DNA from: Sphaerodactylus townsendi
Taxonomy: Eukaryota
Direction of reading: 5' to 3'
Length of the DNA: 64,000 nt
Assembly (NCBI RefSeq): GCF_021028975.2
Contig: NC_059425.1
Location: forward strand, 124,868,001 to 124,932,000
Of the stretch, positions 24,426 through 36,386 are shown in pieces (positions within the stretch are counted from its first letter, which is position 1; every line of letters begins with the position of its first letter). The notes under the pieces were generated by a model. That model saw only the letters and a list, made by a program, of their open reading frames with translations. It made no database searches and was not told the DNA's origin. Position numbers and translations under genes: made by a program.

Positions 24426-27400
24426 CACATATATTTCTACCCTCCTTCCAGAGCTATTGATCAAGCATTGTAACCCTGTCACATCTGGATCTCATAGGAA
24501 CACATAAACATTCCAAGATTCCCAGCACACGTAGGGATATGGCAGCCACTTTTTAAGGCCATCCAAAAAATCACAGAACCAAAAAGGTACCAAAAAAGAC
24601 AACAAAGTCAGACTTGCAGATATTTCAGCAGACATGTTCCTGAATAGTTTGGAAGACACCATAATTTGTTCAAATGCTTAGAAGTAAAATGGATAAATTC
24701 TTGTTCCAAATGTTTTTTTTAAAGTCCCTCCCTATTTTATTTAAGACCATTAGTCTCACCATTCTAGCTTTGTTTTAGTGAGAACTATTCCTTAAAGCCT
24801 CAAATGGACAGTCAATACAGTTCCAGACAATCAGCTCCAGACAATCCTATCAGCATACCAGACACTGTAGCAGCAAGCACACTGTCTCGTAATGACAAAT
24901 CCCAAATTATAAGTACCCCAAGTTCTCCTTACATCCGGCAGGAGATGCAAGAGACAGCAGGCATTCGCAGAATCAGGGATCAATCAAGCCCTGGGTAGCT
25001 GACGCCCCAGACCACGTGGGGCTTCTTCCTGTTCCCACAGTATTTAAGCCATGAACTAAGGCAACAGCAGTGCTGATTCAACCAGTTCACATGGCTGGTG
25101 CCTCAGCTCCACTGTGAACCAAAACCTACTAAATACAGACTGTGACTCTGTGGTGTTCTGAAAACCAGACCTGGACTTCAGCTACAAATTCCTGCTCCTG
25201 AGGAGTCCCTAGTCAGCCTCAGGGCCTACTGCTGATGACAGAACAGACTACCCCTATGTTATAGAATAATTTTAAGGTATTAGAAAATTATTGAATTCTC
25301 CCCATCCACCCACCCACCCCCCACTGTTCCCATGACAGTGGCTGGCAACTTAATTCTCACTTAAACAGCATATTGGACAAGATGAAGGGTGACAGGCCAA
25401 ATCCTGCTCTCAGATCACATCACACACTAGCCTCTCCTGAGGCAAAGTTTGTCTAACATACGTTGGCTGGCTAAGACCTTCTGTTACTAGCACAAGGAAA
25501 AGGGCCATCTTAGATAAAAGGGAACATTCCCATCCCTGACCCACTATGCCTACCAGCTATAGGTCAGAAAGGCTCTTAAAAAACAACAGTGATGAAGCAT
25601 AACGCATTAGTATTTTATTTTCAACTTCCTCTTTTTAAAAGTGTTTCTGCTGACCATAATGCTGACAGCATCTTATTATTAAAAAGAAAGCAGCTAAGGA
25701 CAATTTTTCACACCCTGATCAAGTATGCTTTCACATGAACATGCTGGGAACATCAAATTTCACTGATCCCATAAACTTTCAATGAAAAGATATGCCACAT
25801 TGATGACACTGGATTTATGTGGAAAAGGATTACTTAAGAACTTTCATGATTTTATCTTAGATTTTTCCATAAAATGATGCCTAACCCAGAATTCTGTAAG
25901 TGTTCAAATATCCACAGAGCATTTGACTATTTTGCTTATAAATCTTTAGCTCTAATAGCATTAGTATCTTAGCAGGGCTTGTTTCTGAGGTCAAAGAAGT
26001 GCAATAATTTTGCTTGTCTGTAATACAAGCTGCTCTTCATTGTGACACAGTACAAATCACAAGTATGAGAGAGAAACTGCTACCTGGCTACAGCCAATGC
26101 GATACAGTGGATGTAAGTAGTCGATTTGGGTCAAACCAAACAAGGCATAAAGAAATCAATGAGTAGATCTCCCCACATTATTTTTAAAAGGATAAAAGCC
26201 ATTCTGGGGGATGGATAATTCAAACTGTGAGTCAAGCATTGTCTTAACATCATTCCCCAGTGTGGTTTTCTCACTGCAGATACCGTCCTCTACCACAACT
26301 CTGTGCTGGGTGGGTGGGGAACATTATAAATACTTTCCAGTCTAAAGACTCTACTAATCAAAGTGAACTTTGGCCCACAGCAGTTTATGTAACAAAGAAA
26401 TTTAATCTTTAAGGTACTACAATGCTCTGTTTTTCATATACAGATGTGATCATAATTGGACTGATTGACTCACATCCCAGATCCAGTAAAAAACATTATG
26501 CCATTTGGGTGGCCTCTAACTGAAAAATATAATGTTTGAACAGGCTATTCACCCTTTCCCTTTCTCTCACACACATACACACATATACAGATACAATAAT
26601 TAAAAGCATTTTGTCAGTATATAAAATTCTAAAGCCTTCATTCTCTGTCAAGATAGGCTAATGCAAGCACAGGAAGTATTAAAGCACTCCCCTAGTAAAT
26701 TTAAGAAGATTTCAGTTTGCAGCAAGAAAACATTTTTGGTTCTCTTAACATTTCCTTCTGATTTTTTTTTTAAAAAACTCGACTTCAAAATTTAACACAA
26801 CAACTCCAATTCAGAAACACGCAACAAGAAGCTTCTCTCTCTTTTCCCAACACAACTGATGTGGTCACTTCTCACAGGTTTATCTTATCACAGAGGAAGA
26901 TTGTGCCTGGATCCAATGTCCCACTAAAAGATGAACAAAGCCGTAAGAAAAGACAGTATCAGAATTTCTTCAATGAGTACACAGGCCTGGAATCAGTAAG
27001 GCATTTTATGCAGATGTACAAGTTTCTACACAGGGATTGCCCTTGAAATAAAAGGCAAATCACTGCACTGATAGTGGTATATTCCACAAGTATTTATATA
27101 TAAAAATAACATTTGGCAATTCCTTGTTCACTGGACTACCACTTAACTAAAAGCAAATGTTTAGAAAATGAGGCTGTCTCATCATTAATCAATCCCATTC
27201 ATTTTTATCATACAACATAAACCGCACAAAATCAAAATAAGCAAAGCTAAAAGCAAGAAGTGTCTGAGCAAAGATCCTTTTTATTTTTAAACACCATCTA
27301 ACAATCTTAACAAACCAGAAAAACAATCCAAAGTGTTCAGCTGAAACAAACTGATATACTACAATATTTTAATGCAACAAAAGTCTTGATAGCAAACATT

Positions 27401-29523
27401 TGCATGCATGTGTGTTTTACAGCCAGTGTTCTCTGTCAATAGGATCCAGAGGCTTCTATGCTGCCATTCAACTGTGTTTGTCATCAGATTTCAGCCTCAC
27501 ACAAAAGCTATCGCCAACCACCACAAACAGCAGCTAGGTGGGTGGGTGGGTGAGTGCCCTTCCCCCACTTCAACAGCCATACAGTTCTGAGGAAATATGG
27601 TTGCATTCAGCAACCTCAAAAGGCATCCAGAACAGGAAACATTTCTCCTCTGGCCTCCCTGCCCACCCCCCATGTTAATGCGCATACTTGAGAGACTTGC
27701 AATTATTTGGGTTGGCCTCCTCCCTCCCCTTGCGATACCTTATTGAGTTCTGCAGCTTAAGCCTTATTAAAGAGGGAGCGAGAATGTGCTAGCATTTCAA
27801 GATAAACATCAATAAAAGGTAAGCATGTGTCTCGTATCCTGTGTTACGAATTCAATTAAGGGCTGTTTCAGCTCAAAATTTGTTGTAAATGTCAAAATAA
27901 GATTTTTGAACTCTAAATCATTTTCTCATTCACCTTCAACCCCTAGCCATGACTCACAAAAAAGGGAAGTCACGTGAACTGGAAGCACTGAAAGACAAAA
28001 ATCTGTTTTCTTTTCTTTGGGAGGAGGGGTTAGTTAAAAAAAATCTTTCCAGCCGAAGAAATAAAGCCTGGTATTAGCTGCAGAGGGCCATTAATAACTG
28101 AGGCTCCATCCAGTTTAACCTTTTGAATGCACCCACATTTTTTTTTCCAAAGGAAGAAAATGTGAAACTGCATCTTACCCAGGCACATTGCAAGAGCAAT
28201 TATTCAGGCATTTTATCTGAAGTCAGCTTTACAATCAAAGAGTATGGTTGTGACATTAATTCATCATTTCAATTGTTTTGAAAGCTGGTTCTCCTTGAGC
28301 TGCCATTTTTTAAAAATAAAGTGTGTGTTTGTGGGGTGGGGGGAGATACTGCCTTTCCCACCACGATCCACGTGCACTTTGAAGGCTTTTTGTATCCTGT
28401 ATCAAGGTAGAAATGCCAAAAGTATGCTTGGGAGGAGCATAGAAGAACAAAACATGGAGTGTTCATTTCAAACGAAGGCTGCTATTTGATCTTTAATTAA
28501 TAAGTATAAATGCTATTACTAAAGAGATGAGGGGTACATGTTTGCCTTTCCCCAGCATGTGGCAATTTGTTTCCAGTAGACATGATCCAGCCAAGTAACT
28601 CATTTCAAATCCAATTACAATGGGAGCAGTAAATGAACACATATTGTTTTCACTGAAATCAAAGCAGATTTTAATGACACTTTGACTATCGCATATCTAA
28701 AGTTTCTGTCACATACAATGACACAGGTAATATTGTAACATTACTATTTATAAAATGTTTCTTTTTCATAACAATCCTGCAAGGTAGGCAATGATCCACA
28801 AATGTCTTAGCTACTCCATTATTTAAGCTTTGGACCCGATAATGACCTAAGCACACATATCAAAGCCACGTCTTGAATCCAAATGTCCACAACCCAGTTC
28901 CAGCTTTCTAGGCCCTGGGTTGTCATCAAGGAGACAATATATTCTGATGATAGTTTACTTTAGGAGTACACAATGGTCTTCTTCCAATAAATGCACAGCT
29001 TAAATTTGGCTGACACTGGGAAAACACACACATACCACCAGAGAAGCAGGTATTTCAGAGGCATTTGTATTATTTATGTTGCAAAGTAAATTAGGGTTTT
29101 GGAGAGCCAAACACCTAGCAGAGAAGTTATAAATGCCTGAGGAAATCTTAGGCAATTAATAACTGTGACCTCTTACTTCCCTTGGTTGACCAAGAGGCTC
29201 TGCACCCTGAGCAAAAAGGGTGCAAATTCCTCACCCTCCACAAATCGGGAATAGAGTGGGGGAGGAATTAGTTAAGCGGGCTTCACAGCCATTCAATTTT
29301 CAGCTCAGCACTGGCAGGGCAACATCTTTACAAAAAAGAAAGAAAAAACAACCACCACCAAGTACTCTTCTCTGGAGCAGTTGTTTTTTTGAAGTTCAAC
29401 CACATCAAGGATACTGTGTGAAATGTATCACACAAAGAAGGCCATTCAGAAATTATATAACCAGCCATTACTATAACCTCCAAATGAACACCTGAATTGA
29501 ATTGACCAATGGGGGCAGAAAAT

Positions 29524-29820
29524 GCTGTCAAGTCACAGATGACTTATAGTAACTCCAAAGGTTTTCAAGGCAAGAGAGGTTTGGAGGTGCTTTGCCATTG
29601 CTTGCCTCCACATGGGCAGAGAGTTCTGAGAGAACTGTGACTAGCCCAAGGTCATGCAGCAGGCTTCATGTGGAAGAAGAAGAAGAGTTTGGATTTATAT
29701 CCCCCCTTTCTCTCCTGTAGGAGACTCAAAGGGTCTTATAATCTCCTTGCCCTTCCCCCCTGACAACAAGAACCCTGTGAGGTAGGTGGGGCTGAGAGAG
29801 CTCCAAAAAGCTGTGACTAG
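29524..29820 (-). mobile_element. Two adjacent squamate SINE fragments; the second (29675-29820) is Squam3-like with a (TTC)n tail
   Basis: gaagaagaagaagagtttggatttatatccccc...ccctgtgaggtaggtggggctgagagag...ctgtgactag. The ctgagagaactgtgactagcccaaggtca core appears in both pieces. Confidence 0.75.
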
Positions 29821-31047
29821 ATGTATGCTAACCTCATTTCTATATGCTCCCAGAAGCTGTGCTAGGTGTTTGTAAATGTTTTAATCTTCATTTAACAGTT
29901 CTGGTCACATCAGTTTTACAAACTGGAAAAGAACTGAGGATATTGGGCATTGCTAATGAAACTATTCTGTGAGAACAGTGGTACTACCTGAGGCCTCTAC
30001 TAGACATAAATGTATAATGGCATATTTTCTTATGCTCTTACAGATAGGAATTGACTGTTAAATTTAAAATACCTTATAAAAACTTTAATGTCTGCATTTG
30101 ATCCCTGGCTCATTTAAACACAGCATACCTTTGATTTCATGCAGGAGCCTCATAAACTAGCTGAAGTTATTGTGAGGCATTCCAATGCAAGTGAATTTCA
30201 TGTACTGTATCGAAGAAAAACTGGATCACTATCAGGACAGCCGCATTATGTTAGAGCTGAAAACCATGGTGGTCTCACTTTCTGGCATATATTACTGTTC
30301 TGTCTTTTAAATCAGAAGAACTTATCCTGTATGCATTGCAACACTGAATTTCTTGTTCAGCTGTGCCTTCAAAGTTCAAAATTCAAAACTGCAACTTAGA
30401 ACATCTACTCCAAATCCCACCTGACAATTTTCCTTGAATCCTTTATATAAACCAATGAATAAATTCTGGTAGCATTACAATTGAGAATTTATCTCAGAAT
30501 ACTGAAAGGAATTCAAAGATCACACACAAAATTTTACATAGCAGGTGGCACTTGGGTTTATACTGTTCCCCAGTAAGCAAACAATTCTGCATGGAACCTC
30601 AGATCTCACAAAACCAACATTAAAGTTGCACTCTAGGGCTTTGTGTGGATCTTTGTTTCATGCATGAGCTAAGGGAAGAGGGGAGATAAGATCTCACCAC
30701 TACTGAAAAATTATTGTTCATATTTCAAATACACCTCAACTAACTGTGCATTTTAATTACACAATATGTACTAGAATTACTTTTCCCTCTATAGCTGTTA
30801 TTTTAATTTATAGGGACTATCAGAAACACTAGAAGTATCTTCAGAAGCTGTGATAGAATGGAATTCTCTAACATTTCTAACTTGCCAATGTTTGCAAAAC
30901 ATTCTGGCAATGGTACAATAATATGAGCTGTTTATCTACCAATCCCAGTTGATGGAAGAAACTATGGAACCTGGATTGGTTGGGGAGAGAGTGAGTGACA
31001 AAAAAGAAAGCAAGCAAGCAGTGGTGCCTCCAGCTCACATGCCTGCA

Positions 31048-31400
31048 CAGAGGTGTAGCTAGGGAAAATGGAGCCCGGTGCAAAATCTGAGTTTTGCGAG
31101 ACACCCCCCCCCCTTCATTTTTTGTATTTTGTAGTGTTTTTTTCAATCCTTGGCCTGCAGGGGGCGCAGTTTTTAGGCTAGCAGCACCAAAATTTTACGG
31201 TATCTTTAGGAGACTCTCCTGATGATACCACCCAGGTTTGGTAAAGTTTGGTTCAGGGAGTCCAAAGTTATGGACCATCAAAGGTGTAGCCTCCATCTCC
31301 TATTGCTCCCATTGGAAACAATGGGGGATGGGGACACCCACTTTGGCAGTCCATAACTTTGCACTCCCTGAACCAAACCTCACCAAACCTGGGTGAAGAT
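31048..31400. mobile_element. Non-autonomous DNA-transposon-like fragment
   Basis: Starts cagaggtgtagctagg, the reverse complement of cctagctacacctctg at about 12980-12995. Internal inverted segments ccaggtttggt...tccaaagttatggac / gtccataacttt...accaaacctgg. Confidence 0.55.
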
Positions 31401-31527
31401 CCTCTGAAGATGCCAGCCACAGATGCAGGTGAAACGTCAGGAGAGAATGCTGCTAGAACACGGCTATACAGCCCGGAAACCACACAGCACCCAAGTGATT
31501 CCGGCCGTGAAAGCCTTCGACAATACA
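31401..31527 (+). mobile_element. Penelope-like terminal repeat with minimal hammerhead motif (31401-31441)
   Basis: CCT-CTGAAGA-TGCC...AGGT-GAAAC-GTC-AGG, then ...ccggccgtgaaagccttcgacaataca, the same 3' end that appears inverted at 18487. Confidence 0.82.
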
Positions 31528-32398
31528 CAACTGTCTGTAGCTATAAAAGGGAATGGGGAAATCAGCAGAACCTTTTCTTTCAGACTATACCTATGATCCA
31601 AATCAGGCAACTGCTAATAACCCAATTTAGGGCCATTCTGGAATCATATTGGCTTTGGTTATTTTAGCATGCACTATCAGGGTCCTATTGGACTCAGAAG
31701 ATGAGATACAAACTTTCCTGAAATGCTGAGACCATGAAATAAAAGGAGATGTGGGAGGGGGGAAGAAGGAATGAAAATATATGCAATAATTACTTTCCCA
31801 TGAAATCTAGTCTTCTTTAAATGATTTAATAACTGAACACATTCTTGCAGTTTGCATGTGAAATTATACTGTTAGGCATATTCATAATATTTAAAAGGAT
31901 CAATATCTTAGAGGGTTGTGGTTTTTTTTTTAAAAAAAAGAAGTGATAGTATATCTAATACTTGAAACACAGTTGCAAAGTGCTGCTCCCTGCGTACAGT
32001 TGCACACGTATCTTAATTTTTGCCACATGAAAGGCAGAAAAAAAAACTTGAAGGTAGAAAACTAGTCCTGTGGTAAACCAAAGCAAGTTTATTATCAGCA
32101 CAGGAACAATTTCAGGTTGACATGATGACTAGAATTACCAGCACATTTGGCTACTAAATTCTACTTTGTGATATTGAAAACACCAAACTCTTTAATTATC
32201 ATTAAACAAGTAATATCATATTAAGTATTGACAAGATTTACAGTTGAACAAAAATGTATTCTTCAAAATACTGTACATGTCCACATTACAGACAGGTACA
32301 ACAACATCAACATGGCCATTACCTAATGCTTTGGTCTTCAGTAAAAGATTTCACACTATACTTTCACACTACACTTCAGTAAAAGATTTCACACTACA

Positions 32399-33167
32399 CT
32401 TCTCTTTATTGTACCATCTGGTTAAAAATTGATTAAAGATGTCATATATACCTACTGAAAGCTTGCTTTCGTTTCATTCATTGTAAAAGGGAAAGGGGGT
32501 GGGTGAATTCAGTATTACAGTGCTGACAGGGCTCCAGTAGTCAGTTTCCATTCTTCCTCCATCTATCCTACAGTCTATGAAAGAGCTAACTGCTAATTTT
32601 GTGATCCAATGCTGTTCCATTATCTGTGGTACATATTACATTGTTCTTGTCACATTTTTCTTTAATTGTGTAACTGGGTTTCAGGATGGATAGCAGATTA
32701 TCAATTAAGAAAACAAATTATAACACAGATTTCAGCGCGACATCTTTGAAGATCAATTAATCATTTTAATGAGAGACTAAACTGGACTTCTAACATATGA
32801 AGGGAGCAATTCACTGAAAAAGTCAGATCCTTCACAGAGCTAGAATGATAGTGACTAAAATATTAGGCTTAAACCAGGGGTCACTGACTCAGCCAAAAGT
32901 GGTGAATTCACCACTTCTCATTCACTTTCCCTCCTGTCCATCAAAGAGATCATCATGGATAAGATAGGCAGGGTAAGGGTGAAATTTATCTTGATCCTTC
33001 AGAGCAGGCCCTGCCTTGTACTTAGATGAAGGGGGCCCTTTCTAAAGCTGTAGTAGCACTTTCTCTTTTAAACCTCGCTAAAGTGCTAGTTTGGAACAGA
33101 TTTCCTTCTCTTTATTGTACCATCTGGTTAAAAATTGATTAAAGATGTCATATACACCTACTGAAAG
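32399..33167 (+). repeat. 63-bp direct repeat pair (32399-32461 and 33105-33167)
   Basis: cttctctttattgtaccatctggttaaaaattgattaaagatgtcatata(t/c)acctactgaaag; one mismatch. Confidence 0.95.
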
Positions 33168-34029
33168 TTTTCTCTGACATATTACATGGTAGTATACACA
33201 GAGGAACACAAAGGGTTAGGACCACTTCATAGGCTTGACAAATTGCCTGTAAAAATTAATAAACCGACTTTTTTTGTTGTAAACCTTTATGCATTTTTGT
33301 AGACACAGTTCAAGTGTACAGTAAGCATTCTTTGGAAACTGTTGTGCATTAAACGCTTTACAAGGCAGTGTAGTAGTCAATATGTTATTGATGAAATTAG
33401 CCAATAAAATTCTGAAAGGCCCTTGGGCTAACAGCTTGCAAAATGATGTCATAAAAGCAAAATAAGACAATTACTGCTCAAGTATACACAGTCAAAGTAA
33501 TTATGAATGGAATTTTTCCCCCTGCCCCAAGAAATGCTTTCAAACTAAACAGAGACAGATTACTTTTCCTTTTTAAAAACTACACATGAAGTTTATTTGT
33601 TAGTGCAACCACCAACTGATGGATAAACAAATTTGTGTATCAAGGAATAATTAAGATAACCACAATTTGAGAGAAATTATTTGCCCTATCTGAAACATTA
33701 ATGGATCCATCGATCCATGACATTTAAGTTCTACCACATTAAAGCTTTCAAAATTCCTGAAAGTTAATAGGTTACCCAATTCATTGTGCGGATAACACAT
33801 TTTTCTCTGCATATTCAACCACATGAAATATGTAACTGCAACAACTGATGTGATCCATACAGTCCACATGGAATGTGGAATAAAGCAGAAACCCAGTAAC
33901 ACAATAAAAAACTAAAGAAATATAGTCCAACATAAGCTTTTGTGAGTCAGACCTTGTGTCATTAGGTGCATAGGAAATAACTCCCTCAGGCTGATGCTTA
34001 TATATTGTGGACATAAACATATGGAATGC

Positions 34030-34760
34030 ATTCTTCAATACAAATAATTTTGGCACCTGATTACCGTCAGGCACTAGCCAACAGCACATTTTGCCCATTT
34101 AAAACCTGTTACACTGGTTGCCTGTTTGTTCCAGAGTTTAATTCAAAGGGGTGGTAATAACCTGTTAATGGCCTTGAACCTTCATATCTGAAGCTTTGTC
34201 AGAACTGTTGGCTAGTTGTTCCCCTGTTTATGGTGGCCCATGTCATTTGCATGAGGCTGTTTCTTTTTTATATTGCCTCTCAACTTGTGGAAAGGGGTCT
34301 CTGAAGTGGTAAATCCATCATTATTTAGGAGGAACTATGGTGAAAAACTGAACATTACCTGGATCTCATAAAATGGATGAGTAAGCTCACCAAATACTCA
34401 ACAATGGTGAAACTAAAATCTTTGGTATTCAGCAGACCTTCTACAGAGTATGAAAGAAGATGGAAAATTTTCTTGGATTATGTAAATCAGAGAACAATAA
34501 ATTAAATAATCTTATAAATTATGATCTGGGCAACTAAAGACATTAAGGGCAATATAGATATTATTAGATGTTTAAATTTTTTAACTAGAATGTAATGATG
34601 TTGGAAAACTGGATGAAAAACTGGATATAAGTACGTTTCACAAGATGGCTACATTTGATTTTACTTTAATATAATAAAACTTTACCTATTAAAAATAGGA
34701 GACGCTATAGAACTATTTTATTTGTGAAGGATTTTAATGTGGTTTAAGCTGCGGGCAACA
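34030..34760 (+). mobile_element. Old LINE remnants (L2-like, then L1/Tx1-like)
   Basis: cactggttgcctgtt...ttcaaaggggtggta is an L2 HWLPV...FK remnant, followed by an A-rich degraded segment. Confidence 0.4.
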
Positions 34761-35409
34761 GGAATGGGATAAAATGGAATGTGTTTGTTTTTAATTCTGG
34801 AATTGTATGCTGCCTTGAGTCACAAGATATTAAAGTTATAAAAAATGTTAACATAATAAATGCACACCCATGGGAATCAATGGAGAGTCTGATGACCAAG
34901 CTCATGCTCATATCCAAGCCATATCATATTTTTCAGCTTCAGGTTCTCCCTCTTAGATACTAGAGCCACTAGTGCCACATTCCCTACTCCCCTGCCCTGC
35001 CAGTTATGACCAGCTTCCCTACCCCTTCAGTCAGCATTTGTACGGCTATTTATCGTTTTTGCATTAGAACTTCAAAGAAACAGGAGTTCCATACATGTTT
35101 TGCCCTTAGATAAAACTACTGGACCAGACTCACTTGCATAACAGGGAATCTTCAAAGAATTGAGTGATGCCACCTCACTTTCTCCTGTCTACTTCTCCGT
35201 GCTTTATTTCCTTTTTCCTTCCTCATTCAATAAGGGCAACACCCTTATTATTTCCCTTTTCCCTTCCTCATTCTCTCTTCTCAGCCGTTCACCAACATAC
35301 TTTTTATTGCCTCCCACTTTCAGATATATTTATTACAAACTTCATTTATACCTCACCTTTCTCCAGTGGGAACCAAAGAAGCTGATATTATTTTCCATTC
35401 CTTCACATG

Positions 35410-35598
35410 GGGCTGGAGATCTCTTGGAATTAGAACAGGTCTCCACCAAATGGAAATCTGTTACCCTGATGAAAATGTTGTGTAGGAAGATAGATGTTCT
35501 CACATTATATCTGGTTGAAGACTGTCCCCATACCCATCCTCCCTAGACTCTATCCTAAAATCTTCAGGAATTTTACAACCCGGAACTGGCAACCCTAG
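35410..35598. mobile_element. MITE fragment ending tggcaaccctag; related copy at about 59550-59730
   Basis: Both copies share ggctggagatctc...cctgGAGAAAATG...ctggca blocks. Confidence 0.6.
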
Positions 35599-36291
35599 CC
35601 CCAGACCTGGCCCAATGAGACCTTCCTCAAAGAATATAACAGCATTGGAACAGGCCCTTCCCCTTCCTTTTTCTTCACAGAAAGTCCAAGACTGAAATTT
35701 TGTGGTTGCCTGGAAATGGCCACTAAGCTAATCTGTTTCTTAAGGCCACAGACACTTCTTTTATTATTTTGGAATTTTTCAAAACACCCAATTTCTTTTT
35801 GTTGATTTCAGATCTTTCTGCAAACTAGGGTGTCTTTCAGATTTATAGAAAGATACTTCTTGCCAATTCACAATCCAATCATCAGTGCTGACCAACTTGC
35901 TTATTAGCACGTAAATAATGGGCTGAGAACTAGTTCTGAAATAGCTGTATCACCTCAAATGGTAAGTTCCAGTGTTTAAGACAATGTTCCCTGGTAGCAA
36001 GGCTGTAGCTCTGCAGACAAACTGGGTTAGTAACCAGATTCAGTATACAATTACTGGTTTCCAGTCGTTAAAGCTTCATGGTCTGTTTTATATCACTGGT
36101 CTATTCTATCTACTTTTCTTTTTTTATTAAAGGTTTTATGTCAATAAAGACTTGATTAATTTTAAAAAATAAAGGTCAAAAATTGGGTTCTGTATGCTGA
36201 ACACATTTCTCACATGCATTCAGATCCTTTGTACAGTTATTTTTAATTGGCAGAAATAAAACTAAAAATCTCCAATTCACTAAGAGTGCTG

Positions 36292-36386
36292 CATCCCTTT
36301 AATAGAGGCTTAATGTGTGGCAATGTGGAGATGAAGCTATTCATTACATGGGAATAAAACTCCATGAAGCCTCTATTAAAGGGATG
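36292..36386. repeat. Perfect 20-bp inverted repeat with 55-nt spacer (likely MITE interior)
   Basis: catccctttaatagaggctt / aagcctctattaaagggatg. Confidence 0.85.

Noticed and set aside
24790-25240. Possible solo LTR (TATTTAA box, ends TGACA)
   Set aside because: No clear 5' TG end or TSD.
32336-33167. Repeat-spacer arrangement as a CRISPR-like array
   Set aside because: Only two copies, no regular spacing, and a eukaryotic intron context.
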